From positions 1 through 62,418 of the forward strand of contig CAXHJY010000198.1 of the NCBI GenBank assembly GCA_964016885.1: a DNA stretch of 62,418 nt, read 5' to 3'. Of this stretch, positions 1 through 14,418 are shown one piece after another. The DNA comes from Eledone cirrhosa (lineage: Eukaryota). The translations under genes were made by a program, and so were the position numbers. The notes beneath the pieces are model-generated. The model searched no databases. It was given only the letters and a program-made list of their open reading frames with translations, and was not told the DNA's origin. Every line of letters begins with the position of its first letter. The first letter of the stretch is position 1.

Positions 1-3000
1 ACAGGCCATGACCAGAGTAGGCCCAATCACACGGGCCATTCTCGCCACACTCACCCACTTTTCAGCAAATGTACTGGGGAGCAGCACTTCTTTCCACCCT
101 AACCTTCCTTTCCAAGTGAAACTTGAAAAAGTTGATGAGGGATTGGCCGAAGAGAAAAGTGTCTGTCTTCAGTCCTTTAAACCTCGTCCATCATACAACC
201 TCTTTCGCTACTGCCACCAGACAGAGGAACATTTCCTGCCCTTCCTGGTCAAAAGAAGGCGGCGGGTCGATCTTCACTATGGACTCGGCCGATAGCCGGA
301 TCCGTTCTACAGCAACAACAGCTGTTCGACATAAATCCACAAGTCAGTAATGCACGGACACTGGACGAGTGCGTGCAGAACAGTTTCGTCGCTCTGCGCG
401 CATCTCGAGCGCATCTGATAGCACTTCCGTGCCTGTAGAGTTTATCTCGAACCGGTAGCACTGCCAAGCGAGGGATTTTTGGAAATTATCCATTGTCCCT
501 GGCTCGAAAGTCCTCCGGAACAGACTGGTTAGTTCGACTTCGTCGACTCCCAGAGCCCTCTCCGAGTGGCTCGTCGCACTGACCACATTGACCGCCTGGT
601 AGAGAACAGTGAGTGCCTGCAACATTCCAGATGCTAGTCACCCAGTGTCGGTCTCTTCTTGACCCAGGACTGCAGCTCAGTCAAAGAAAGGATCTGCGGA
701 AAGCCCGTCTGACAAACGGCGACTACACCTGTTCACCGTTTTAGGCAGAATATCTGGAGATCCTGCAGCCTCAGCGCGTGTCTGCGCATCATTAGCCACG
801 GGATGCCCAGCCAAGATGGCGAGGCGCAAACGGGGGCATGGGACGACGGTGAGACGGTAGTAGATGACGGACGCGATGTACGCGTTCGCCACCTCCGCCC
901 GGCCTTTCAGTGATAGCTTTCTCGCAGCATATTTCTGGGTGAGACTGGCTACTCTGCCCGTCACCTCGCCCCAATTCTTATCCACCTGGAGGTCTAGCCC
1001 GATCCAAACCCGGGCAACTTTACCGGTCCGTCCGTCCAGCGCCTAACGACGCTGTGGGACAGCATGGACTTGCCTCTCCAGGTGCCGAGTTGCAAGCCCA
1101 CCGACTTTTCCGGGTAAATTTTGCTCCCGTCAACCTTTCATATTCCTCCAATAAGTTAGCCGACCACCTCGATTTCTGAGGTGTCCAACACCCGACAGCC
1201 TTTCCGCGTCCCGGTTCGAGCGGGATGCCCTGCAACAGCTCCAGCTTCCGCAGTAAAGGCTCGAGAGTCAATACGTACAGAAAAGAGGAAAGAGGGCACC
1301 CTTGACGGACCGATCGGGAGACCTGAAACGGTTCCGAGAGGTGGCCATTAATTTTGGCCACCGAGCGAGTGCCGATGTGCATTCACCGATCCAGCTTCTG
1401 AAGACGGGACCGAAGCCAGCCGCCTTGAGGACAGCCTCCAGGTACCGATGGTCGACCCAATTGAATACTTTCGATTGATCTAAATTGATCAGAACCACAC
1501 CGACGCCAGGTTTACACCATACCCTCTCTATCATGTGTCGCATCAGGTGGAGGTTGTCGTGTATGGACCTGGTTGGGATTGCGCAAGTTTGCGCCTCCCC
1601 AACCAAATTCCCGACGACAAGCGCCAACCTCTTCGCTAACACCCTGGCCAAAATCTTAAACTCTGTGTTGAGCAGAGTTATGGGCCTGAATTTGTCTAAT
1701 GTGTCCCTCTTGTTCTCGTCTATCATTATCAGCGTTACTACTGGGAATTCCCCCGTTCTGCTGCCAGTTGCAATAGAGCGCTTGGAGGAGATTGGCGAAC
1801 AAGTCTGGCATATTTACGTAAAGCTCGTAGGGTTGACCATCCAAACCGGGTGACTTGCGCCTCATGCAGCTGACAAGGGCATCCTGAATCTCGGCTGAAG
1901 TAATCGGCCTTTCGCAGAGCCCAGCATCGGCCGTCGAGAGATGCGGCAAGCCATCGAGGTAGGGAGTGAAGTCCGCCACCGCCTCTGACCCGCCACTTCC
2001 CCCGAACAACCTAGCAAAATGTTGGCGAAAGGCCTCGCACATCTGCTTGGAATCGCTAAGCTCGTGTTCATCTAGGTCCGTCAAAAATCGAATCGTGGTT
2101 TTATTACCACGCTGCGCCTCTGCCACGCGGGCCCATCGAACAGCTTTGGTTCCTTCGTTTCTCAGAGCGCGCGCCTTTGCTCTGACAATGCAGCCTTCGT
2201 GTTTCGCATTGAAGAAATGGTCTAATGCCATTCTCGCCGCTAGTACCTTAATTGCAATGCCACTACAAATAGCCTCGTCTAACTTATCTACCAACTCCCC
2301 CTCCTTTCTATTTTTCTCTAACGTTACTTCTTTGCTAAACTCTATCGACATTATTCTAATCTCTCTTTTGAGAGCCCTCCACCATCTATTGTTGACGACT
2401 CCCCCTGTCAACTTTTTCTTAACTAAATGTTGACCTGGTCCCCGTAAGCCTTACGTGCCGGAATTGACAGGTTTAGCTTCCAGTAACCAGGTCCTACACT
2501 ACGCGTCTGATCTAGGTCGACCATACAGATCACAAACTTGTGATCTGAATAGGCGACCGTTTTAAAACGTGGACAGCTTACACTATTTCTGTCTATTTTG
2601 CTAATGAATATTCTGTCTATATACGATCTAGATAACCCTATGCGGTTAGTCCATATCCACACTGGCGCATTAGGGAAATCTAGTCGGTACCTGTCAGAGA
2701 GTTGGAACTGGCTGATCAGGTTCTTGAGACGTTTGCATGCCTCTATCGTTACTCCCACACAGTCCCAACCTGCGTCTAAGATGCCGTTCCGTTCCCCCGC
2801 TAACAGTAAAGGGCGAGACGTAACCAGAAAGGCATCCGGGCGTCTAAAGAAGTCCGGCCGCCCTGCCCCAGTAGGGGCGTAGACGGCCACCAGTCTAAAG
2901 GTACCACCTTCGTTATTGTTCACGTGGAGGAGCACCAACTTCCCGTCCGCGTCCCGGAAGATCGACCTTACCTCGAGATTCAGACCTTTCTTAAACAATA

Positions 3001-3214
3001 CTACCACCCCACCTCCCATTCCCGGCCGATTAACAGATGCAAAGATCTGATAGTCGTCGAAAATGGGGGCTAGTGCGCGCGTGTCGAAAATCCTGGTCTC
3101 GCTGACGGCAATTACATCCATTTCTAGAGACCTGAGGTCGTTGAGCAGGTGACCCTGCTTCCAGGACGATCCCAGGTCTCGAACATTTAAACTTCCTACT
3201 CGTAATACGGCCAT
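1..3214 (-). pseudogene. Frameshifted ORF2 (APE endonuclease + reverse transcriptase)
   Basis: ORF pieces 2423-3214, 1656-2411, 1268-1726, 1020-1382, 677-985 and 344-625 align in order with the 1144-aa ORF2. ATG start at 3214. Confidence 0.93.
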
Positions 3215-5167
3215 TTTGGCAGGTTAAAAGAGAGAGAGGAAAGGTTTCCTTACCTTCCGGGCTCTTGTGAAGGTCGGGTGGTTCGACCTCCATAGTTGGT
3301 GGGGTTTCTTTTGGGAACCCCTTTAAAAGTCTTGTAGTGGGTTTTACGTCCGGGGTTCCCACGTCCCGTATGTCTCGTATCTCTTTGTATAAATCGAGCG
3401 ACATTCGCACCAGAAACAAATCTTCTAGCACGCGAAATGTGCTCGATTTAAAAATGTCCCCCTCTTTTTGTATATTTTCACTTCGTGCTACGAGGGCCAT
3501 CAGTTCCTTGTTGGCCCTCCTGACGAGTGCGAAGTTTTGTATGTTTTGTTGGTGTGATTTTATTTGTTTGCATGGCTGCGGTGGTGATGTCTTTGGTGGT
3601 GTTGTTTCGGTTGTCTGTGTTTGTTGTGAGTGCGGTGTCTGTGGTTTCGGATGTTTGTGTGTGTATTTGTTCTTGCGTCTGTTTAGGTTGTTTGCGTTTG
3701 GGGGGATTCTGGTGATGGTGATGGTGGTGTTGATGTTGGTGTTATTGGGGAGATGTTTGCGTGGGTGGTGTCTACATTTTTTATTGTGAGTGATTTTGTG
3801 CTTTGTTGAGTTTTTTTTTCTTTTTGTGTTTCCTTTTTTGTATTTTGGGGGATTTTGGTTTTCCCTCATCTTCACTGGTGGTAGATGAGGGGTCTGTGTC
3901 TGTAAGTGTGTCTGTGTGAGTGTTTATGTTTTTATTGATGTGTGTATTTTGGGTGGGAGGGGGAATTTGACAACTTTCCTCGTTTCCTCCCTGGGTGGTT
4001 GGTGTTGGTCTTTCTATTGGTGTTGATGTTGGTGGTTTTGCTGGTGCTGGTGTTGGTTGTGGTCCTCGCCCCGGCGTCGGCAGCAGTGGAGCCCTTCGAC
4101 CCATTGCATCATTCAGCAGTTGAGGGCAGAAGGCGCGCAAATGGGTTTTTTCCCACAAACAAAACAATGCGGCCTTTTGAAGGCGGATGTGGTCCGGAAT
4201 TGTCTTCACATTCTCCGGCCTCACCTGGAGAAGTATATCCATGTCAACCCCGGACCAGTCCTCTCTGGCCGTTCTTGTCACTTATATCGGGATGGTATCC
4301 GTCCCCTCCACAATCACACGTCTTAGAAGCCACCTCATGTCAAGTCCTGGTGGGATTCTGGGAATGCAGAGACGAGCCATTCTTTTTCCCATGTGGGAGG
4401 GGTGCATTATGACCTTGCTGGTTTTGCAAGGCATCATAGCGAGGGCTTCTGACTTGAACAGCACCGAAATGGTGCCGTACTGTCTGCCCCTCGCTATGTA
4501 CTTGGTGTCATCACTGATGCACCTCAGCGCGACTTCGACATCTTCGTGTGGAATTAAAGCTGCCCTTTTGGTTTGTGCTGAGATGCATCTATAATGCACC
4601 GTTCTGCGCTCCACTGCCTCAATAGCTTCTACCGGGACAGTTAAGTTGGCCCAGGTTTGCTCTTGCTTGATGAGCTTCCATGCCTGGGCCAACTTTTCAT
4701 CTTTGTTTGAGAGGTCCATGTTGAAGCATGGCCTCTTTTTGGCTGCTGCCACAGCGAAAGTGCTCTTCTTGTTGTCGTTGGGGGTGTTATAGTCTTCATT
4801 GTTCTTGTTGGTGTTGTTGTTATCACTGTCGCTGTTATCATTGTTGTCTTTGGTGCCGCCATTGTTCTCGGTGCAGTTGGTATTGTTGCTGTTGGTGTTG
4901 TCGCTATTTGCTTTCATGTTAGTGGTGTTGATATTGTTGTTGCATTTGTCCTTTTTTTCTGTTATCTATATTTTGGTTGTCGCTGTTACTGTCATTTATT
5001 TCAAAATTAGAGTTCTCAGTGTTGCTATCATTGCTGTCTTTGTTCACGTTGTTTGTGGTGGTGTTTGTTGTATCAATTTCTGTTAATTTCGCCGTAGCGT
5101 TCCTCTCAACTTTTACGTCGTTGTCGCACGCCAACAGACATATCCGTGGAGGGCGTGACTCAGCCAT
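3215..5167 (-). pseudogene. Frameshifted ORF1 (Asn-rich N-terminus, zinc-knuckle remnant, Pro/Thr-rich region)
   Basis: Pieces 4919-5167, 4282-4917, 3781-4281 and 3030-3875 share motifs with the 619-aa ORF1 (YGTISVL, PSHMGKR, DILLQVRPE, HLRAFCP, MSLDLY). Confidence 0.85.
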
Positions 5168-5446
5168 GCATTTTTTTTTTTTTTCGATAATTTTTTTTTA
5201 AATGTAAAAGAGTTCAAATATTTGGGCCTAAAGGCCCAAATATTATTCTTTCTCCTTCTCAGGGAAAAGTCCAAGGGCTTGTATACCTTACACAACAACA
5301 ATAAATTAAATAAATAAGTTTTGACAGGTAAATAAAGAAACTTACGAGAGCGAGAAAAAAGACGTCCGTTCAGACTCAATAATAATAATAATAATAATAA
5401 TAATTAAGGAACAAAGAATCAGTGTTGCATCATATACACATTTAAT

Positions 5447-5539
5447 CATATATTACATATGTTTCACTGCAGATCAGCTCGAGGAACGATCGTTTATGTT
5501 CGTTCCTGACTCTGGAATCGAAAGCTCCTCAGATATGTG
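5447..5539 (-). ncRNA. Type I hammerhead ribozyme with long helix II (PLE pLTR remnant)
   Basis: Minus strand reads CACATAT-CTGAGGA-[helix II including AGGAACGA/TCGTTCCT]-GAAA-CATATG-TA-ATATATG. Core boxes intact, helix III palindromic, helix I 6/7 paired. Confidence 0.75.
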
Positions 5540-5972
5540 TTCTCACATATAGACTCATGTCCAAATGTTGCTGAATTTATAGTTATTGATACTCTGTTCC
5601 CCAATACCATCGAGTGCTTATTTTGGTATACCGCCTGTGAATGCAATCCATTTGCGCCTTTACTACCACATATAGAGTGAAAGGCCCCCAGTTGTTGTCA
5701 CTTCCCCTTTCTAGAAACAGAAACTCTGAAAAAAACCTGCCGATTTGGAAGAATCCGATCGTGTTGACCAGATTTCCTTTTCGGGTAGTGATTTCGATGC
5801 TCAGAGAGTGGCATTGGTCGAGTGCAAGGCCTTTCCCCACTTAAAAAATCCTTCAAAGCACGGGCATTGCTTGTTCAGGATCTGTTACAGGCTCGTGTGG
5901 CCGTAGCCTAAAGGTGCACCGAACTCCATAATCTGACAAGGGATTGCAATATTCTTAGCAGAGTTTGCAGCG

Positions 5973-6016
<44 letters not shown>

Positions 6017-6019
<3 letters not shown>

Positions 6020-6640
6020 AAATGTGTGTAATCCTTGGTACAGTTAGGTATATTAAGACAGGGGGGAAGAAAAAATGGCTTCACTTGTGCTTTCAACAAA
6101 TTTATTTTCTTCACAAAATCCAAAAAGAATTTTTTTCCGGATTAGAAAAAAAGTTTTTTCCTTAAAAAAAATTATTTTATAAATTAAGTTGTTGGTTGTT
6201 GGTTAGGTCTTAGGAGTTCTTGGTTAACGTAGGAGGTATTGTTTCGTTTTTAGAACGACCTTTCACGCTGAAGTGCGCTTGTCAAACTGATGTGTATGTG
6301 GTGTGTTGTTCTATATATAGGGATTTAACATGTCTGTGGTGTGGTGGGGGTTTCTTTTCTCCCCCTTTAATAAGTGTATGGGTGTAGGTGTGTTGAAAAA
6401 GTGTTAATAGCAGTAATGAGTTGAGACGGTGAGTAGGGTTGGGTGGGGAGAAATGTAGCAAGTGCAGCCTGCCCGGTCATTCTCGAAAAATTCCTTTATT
6501 CAGGGGAAAAAGCTTTTAGTATTCCTTTTGTGTTGAGAATGGTCACAGGCAAATCGCACCTGCTAAGTTTGTAAATAATTATTTTTTCTATTTTTCTGAA
6601 GAATTTTTCTACGTCCATCCCAAAATTAGTCCTTTGTTCA
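6017..6640 (-). mobile_element. Possible PLE 3' end (endonuclease tail + pLTR)
   Basis: RKIEKIII...ILN resembles a GIY-YIG C-terminal tail. Decayed hammerhead-like TTGACAA-GCGC..GCGT-GAAA near 6255-6300. Ends in (TA)n. Confidence 0.35.
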
Positions 6641-6659
6641 ACACACACATATGTGCGTA

Positions 6660-8270
<1,611 letters not shown>

Positions 8271-8289
8271 ATACAAATATACAGACACA

Positions 8290-9169
8290 CACAGATAGTG
8301 TCATGATGTCGTAATGCAGACAGCAGACATACAGACAGAGATTATAAGGGCGCAACATTATAGCTATCTAATGCGGTCCCTAGTGCATTGAAAATTTGAA
8401 ATATTCTTTGCCCAAAACACTCACACGACCATAAGTATTACATGTGTACAGTTTGCAAAAAATCGGTTTGGTGCTTCTCGAGTCTTAGGGAGTCAGACAG
8501 TCAGACAGACAGACATTCTCTGTTTTAGATATATACTAGCAGAATGGCCCGGCGTTGCTCGGGATTTGCTCTAGAGTTCTTATATATTTGATATATATTT
8601 ATACTTATCGAGCCTCGTGAAATAAATACGTTTGTTTATATTTTGTTATTGTGTATGCAAAAATATCTGTACAAGAATATATAATTGGACACATTCGATG
8701 GACACGAATATATAATATATTAAAATAAGAGATTAAAGTTTAAGCAAAGAATCGCTGCTTTCACCCTTAACGGTATCTTCTGAAACTAAACAAATCAATT
8801 TGTGACGCAGAAGTAAATATTACGAAAAACGTTACACACTATATATATATATAGAGACACATACATTATATATACATATATATACACACACATAGAGCGT
8901 CATAATGTCGTAATGCAGACAGTCAGACATACAGACAGACATTATAAGGACGGAACGTTATATCTATGTATCTATCCAAAAAGAAAGATTAAGAATTATA
9001 GAGATAGATCGCTAAATCGCTTAATGCGGTCTCTATGGCATTAAAAATTTGGAATATCTTTTTCTCAAAACAGTCACAGGACCATAAGTATTACATGTGT
9101 AAGTTTGAAAACAATCGGTTGGGTGGTTCTCGAGTCTTAGGGAGCTGACAGACATACATACATTCTCTG

Positions 9170-9175
<6 letters not shown>
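8290..9175 (+). mobile_element. Non-autonomous Helitron/Helentron-like (DINE-1/HINE-like) element, about 1.4 units head-to-tail
   Basis: Unit start TACTAGC..CCCGGCGTTGCTCGGG hairpin at ~8535. Duplicated 3' module with (CAGA)n and an ATTCTCTGTT..TATATA end at 8296-8535 and 8896-9175. Confidence 0.6.
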
Positions 9176-9226
<51 letters not shown>

Positions 9227-9436
9227 ATCTGAGTTTTTCGAATATTAACAATAATATTCGATTCATTTGCAATTATGTAAAGAAGCCTCTTTTTTGTTCT
9301 TTTTAAGCGATGTCAATAGTATTATTTATATTGGAAAAGGTCAGATTACATTGATTGTATTCAGCCATGTAGAGCGATAACTTTATATATGTATATATAT
9401 ATATATATATAAAGTTATATATATATATATATATAT

Positions 9437-9597
9437 AACGAAGGAGTTGTGGTAAGGAACCAGATGGACCATAACGCACCGGAGTACTCAATACTTACGG
9501 TAGTAGAGTGGGTAATAGGAGAAAGTATGATCCCCGACGGCTATTTCTGGACGTCGAAACGGCTTGTGCTCTGCCGTCGGGGTCATACTTTCTCCTA
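9437..9597. mobile_element. PLE pLTR remnant (family B) with inverted segment, in (TA)n
   Basis: Same sequence (GGTAAGGAACCAGATGGACCATAACGCACC...GTCGAAACGGCTTG..CTCTGCCGTCGGGGTC) recurs at 29178, 30892, 31114 and 47164. Confidence 0.7.
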
Positions 9598-10626
9598 TAT
9601 ATATATATATTAGGTGAGGATATATATTGGTAAAATCAGACAGTGGTATTTTGTGAAGAAGTTAAATTCATACTTTGCTTTCAGTATCAATCTCACTGCA
9701 TGGAACTTCGAGAATATACCTTCTCCTTTAACCCCAGATCAAACAAAATCTTTTGAGCTCAAGTTGATAGACTTAAAGTATTTGAAATGTAATCAGATAG
9801 ATGGATCGTTTCTGTTCTTAAGCGGTAGCCTTTGTCCATCACACCGTATAATACAAACTCCGAATTTGCCTTTGGAGACATCCACACCGTTGCAAGCATC
9901 TCGGTCAGGTTTCTAGCTTGGAAATACTTTCCTGCACTCCATCCTACCAGTCAAAGAATCATGTAGTATCTGTTCTAACGCTTATGAGATAAACACCAGA
10001 GACACGAACTTATAGGAAACAAATTAACCCTAAGCATGTGTGAACCTTAATATACAATAAGTGTGTGAATATTAGTGATTTTTTTAATTTAAAAATGGAA
10101 GGTGAAGTTCATCTTCGAGGGATTAGGAATTTAAACGTAAAGGGCATGAACAAATACCGTCAGGCATTTTCTCCGACGGGCTTACGATTTTGTCAATCCA
10201 GGAGCTTTTGTAAAGAGAAATAATAATATGATAATAAAATGAAAATTGCGCAATGTAGAAATGAACGTTCACTGCACCTAGATTGAAACCACTCTCAGCA
10301 ATAAATGAATTATGCCATTTGATATGATGTGAAGATACGATAAGCAAACTTGAGATAACATAGAAATGAATATAAGGGAAAAAAGTATAGAGGGAGATAT
10401 GTGCTCAAAGTAAAACGTTAATAGGGAAGAACAGTCACGCCATCTAGTGAGTATTTATCGCAATTACATGCCCAGCTGTCATAAATGATGATGGGATTTA
10501 TTGATCTCACGGTATGTTACACTGGCTAGATTTGGTGGATGTGTTGATTAGCTGAAGGGATAGGTTTCGATAGGTGGTATGGGGTGTAGGTACCATTGGA
10601 GAAGATTTGGATTCGGTAATCAAGAT

Positions 10627-10677
10627 TATATGTATATATATATGTGTGTGTATGTGTGTGTGTCTTTGTGTGTGTAT

Positions 10678-10717
<40 letters not shown>

Positions 10718-10722
10718 GTGTG

Positions 10723-10805
<83 letters not shown>

Positions 10806-10837
10806 GTACGTATATATATGTACGTATATATATGTAC

Positions 10838-10880
<43 letters not shown>

Positions 10881-10980
10881 CATACACATACACACACACA
10901 TATATATATATACATATACACACATACACACACACACATATATGTGTGTATGTATATATATGTACGTATATATATGTACG

Positions 10981-11029
<49 letters not shown>

Positions 11030-11043
11030 AGAGAGAGAGAGAG
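10627..11043. repeat. Compound (TA)/(TG)/(GA) microsatellite
   Basis: Direct inspection. Confidence 0.95.
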
Positions 11044-12631
11044 ATGGAGGAAGGGATGAGGGATGAATGAAGGAATGGGGGGGGGGAGTGATGAACAGAT
11101 AGCTGAAAAAATGGGTGGGTTGGGTAGATAGAGATAGAGATAGCGAAATGATATAGAGAGAAATATAAAAACATGTAACGAAGGAGAGGAAAGAGAAAAG
11201 GGAACGGAGAAAGATAGCTGAAGGAAACAAGTGAAAATGAGGCGGAGGTGATGAGGAAATGGAGAAGAGCGTTGATATTGAGTTGATTAGGGATTAATTG
11301 AGGAGAATGCATAAAAAATAAAAATGTAAAGAGGTGTGGTATGAAAGAAAGAAACAGGAATGTTAGCAGTGTGTTAGTGGTGGTTTTATTGGCCATAGTG
11401 ATATAGCTAGATGTAGTTATGGTGGTGTGTGTTGAAGATGAGAGAGACAGAGATATGACTATATATATATACAAGAAATTATATGTGGAGAATCAAGTAA
11501 ATGTCAATGTTATTAGATTCCACCGTGAATATATAGAGGCTTATAGATATCAAATGAGAACATGGAAGATATGGTAAACACAAATAAAAAGAGGAAAGTT
11601 GTGAAACTGAATGTAGATGATACCCACAATACGTTGGTCGGTCGTTGCTCTGTTGATGTTTAACCTATAGTTCGACAATGATAATTTCTTAACGAAGTCT
11701 AACATGCCATGTCTGTATATTATTTTCCTTCATCACACACATAGCAGACGAAAACATATTGAACTTTATATGAAGATAATTATGCTGACTTTTCTTCGAG
11801 TTACACAATGTAATGCTTTATTATACTTATTACACATCACTAGTTCATACTATTTCATCAACACACGTTGAACTGTACTACAGTATCTGGACCGACATTC
11901 CATTCAATTTTGCTCAAACATCTGCTCAATAGTCTCAAACCCAACAACGAGAGACCACATACTAGACCAAATTGTTCACCAAGAGCCAACAATAATATAC
12001 AAAAGGCAAGGCAAATTCATAACCTGGAGAAACAAACAAACAAAAAAGTGTTATATCTTATATTTTGACAGTCAACTCAACGAACGCCGAAATCCAATTA
12101 ATATTGTTTCTACTTTTGGCACAAGGCCAGCAATCACCCAGTCGTAGTTTTAATGTCCGTTAATTCAGGCCATTATATACTTCATCAAATTAATGGAGAA
12201 TTTTAGTATTAAACACCATTAAATATCACATAAATAATATCAACTGCCACATCGTACTGTAAAGGTAAGATTTGTCTCAAAATATGCTTTTGATGTTGAA
12301 TCATCTGTAATCCCTTTTTTTTCTAATGAATGACACTACCGATTATTTTAAGTAATTTCAAATGAATAAAAAATTTGGAAAGTTTTAGTAAAGCAACTAA
12401 CCTCCCCATAATTAAGATATTGTTTGGAAAATAATCTATTAAAGATTCTTTCATAAATTTATAGTGGTCGTTTTTTTGTTGTTTTTTTTTTGTATTGCAG
12501 AAACAGCGCGATTTCAGATAGTTTTTTTTTTTGTCAAAAGAGTTAAATTATAAATTTAATAAGATAGTGTTTAAATTTAATCAGATAGTGTTAAAAATTG
12601 ATATAGTTAATTATGACTATATTATTTATCA

Positions 12632-12802
<171 letters not shown>

Positions 12803-12849
12803 TAAAAAGATCGGAAGCCATATTTAGTTGGCAAAAGCCGATACAGATT

Positions 12850-13007
12850 GGACCATGTAACGTCACTACTCATTAGTAGAGCTGAGTGAACTGGAGCAAC
12901 GTGAAATAAAGTGTCTCGCTCAAGGATAATATGCTTCACCCTGTACAGGAATCGAATTCACAACCTCTCCATTATGGATCAAACACTTTAGCAACTAAGT
13001 CACGCAC
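12850..13007 (-). mobile_element. tRNA-derived SINE, family 2 (CORE-like body)
   Basis: Minus strand has an A-box-like TGACTTAGTTG and B-box-like GAATTCGATTCC, then CCTTGAGCGAGACACTTTATTTCACGTTGCTCCAG. Related pieces at 13022-13060 (inverted), 24140-24246 and 32250-32390. Confidence 0.65.
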
Positions 13008-13222
13008 CATCCTTTAGCAAGACGTTTTATTTCACGTTGCTCCAGTTCATTCAACCGTAGAAATAAGAAGCAACCTCACTAGTGCCAGACTGTAATCGTC
13101 TTTGCCTTGACACCTTGTAAAACATCTGAATCCTGGAGAGAGGAGTCAGGTATGCATGTGCGGCTGCTGGCCTTAACAAAACATCTTGCTCGAGGACACG
13201 AACTAAAATCTCTCTCTCTCAC

Positions 13223-13287
<65 letters not shown>

Positions 13288-13872
13288 AATTAGTATATCT
13301 ACTAACATATATATACAGATGCATACCTATGCCAGCAAATATATAGGTTTTGTCTTAGTAACTTTGTGGTTCAATGCATGGGGATGCAGAACAATAATAT
13401 GAAAGACGTAAAATAAGAAAATTATAAAAATTAACTTACTTACTAAAATTTCACTCCAACTAATTACTTTCTGAAAGGGAATAAACATAGTTTCCGAAGA
13501 AACGTACGGAGAAGCCTTTCGTCACCAGGGAAGCTATTCTCAGCTAAGTTTCCAGGCAATGCGTGGACACAGGTAACTTATTGAAAAATAATTCAGTGGA
13601 TGGAAAAAAGCAAAGCGTGGACTAAGTTCCAAGCCATTGAAAAAAATCACTGCCTACTGCGTCGGTGGCATATTCAAAAGAATCAATCACGTGACATCGC
13701 GGTTAATCAGTGAGGAGTGTTTTGTTAAGAAGACAGCAGCCAAGCCGTTACTATGAACTATAGTAGCAGTTTTGGCCAATTTTGGCTCGACAAAATAATT
13801 TGGAGATAATTATAAAGAATTAGTATATCTACTAATATTAATAATATTCGATTCGAGTAGCAGAGCGGTATA

Positions 13873-13913
13873 CAGTTCTGATGAAGGGAAATGACCAAGA
13901 AACATGTTGATTG
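13873..13913 (+). ncRNA. Degenerate minimal hammerhead motif
   Basis: CAGTT-CTGATGA-AGGGAAATGACCAA-GAAA-CATG-TT-GATTG. Core intact, helix II poorly paired. Confidence 0.4.
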
Positions 13914-14009
13914 TTCCTCGATGCTACTGTCGCACAAACAGATGACGACTGTCATCAGAACACAGCATAACATAGTAAGGTCGTTTGTTTGCAAATATTA
14001 GTATCATTG

Positions 14010-14104
14010 AGGTTGACTTTGCCTTTCATCCTTACGGGGTCGATAAAATAAAGTACCAGTAATGCACTGGGTAATTGCTGGCCTTGTGCCTAAAGTAGAG
14101 GCAA
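14010..14104 (+). mobile_element. SINE family 1, headless body
   Basis: TTGACTTTGCCTTTCATCCTTACGGGGTCGATAAAATAAAGTACCAGT matches full copies such as 54467-54652. Confidence 0.85.
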
Positions 14105-14324
14105 TTATTATCATTATTATTCGATATAACCTATACTTATATATATATATATAGAGAGAGAGAGAGACAGAGAGCGAATGTAACGTCTAGTTACTGTAGG
14201 TTCAACAGAGTGAGCACTCGATGCGTAGTTTCCAGTAAGTATAGAAGTATAGCACTAAGCAGTGTGTAATAATACTACTACTAATAAAAAGGACGATTTG
14301 TTATGTCTTCATTACGTTTATTGA

Positions 14325-14358
14325 ATAGTGACGCGCGTTTCGCTATTCATCAGCTCAA
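14325..14358 (-). ncRNA. Ultra-minimal hammerhead-like motif followed by AATAAA
   Basis: CTGATGA-ATAGC-GAAA-CGCGCG-TC then AATAAA. Helix II almost absent and helix I unpaired. Confidence 0.4.
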
Positions 14359-14418
14359 GGTTTGATCTGTATCGATCTAACCCGTCGGAGCTCTGCTGTG
14401 GAAAGGATATAGCTTTTG

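Larger units (their letters stand above)
1..5377 (-). mobile_element. Degraded Tx1/L1-clade non-LTR retrotransposon (3' end lies beyond the window start)
   Basis: Collinear fragments of ORF1, APE (NVRDL, SYIDR, YSDH), RT (FRPITLLN, LDQSK, QGCPLS) and the C-terminal region, all homologous to the intact ORF2 at 33406-36840. Many frameshifts and small deletions. The 5' end abuts (AAT)n at 5378-5403. Confidence 0.95.

Noticed and set aside
9614-10347. Possible host exons on the minus strand (GTAAGC donor near 10185; coding-like composition)
   Set aside because: Stops in all frames and no recognisable domain; cannot be supported without RNA data.
14178-14320. Solo LTR starting TGTAAC with AATAAA
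   Set aside because: No matching CA end, TSD or second copy found.
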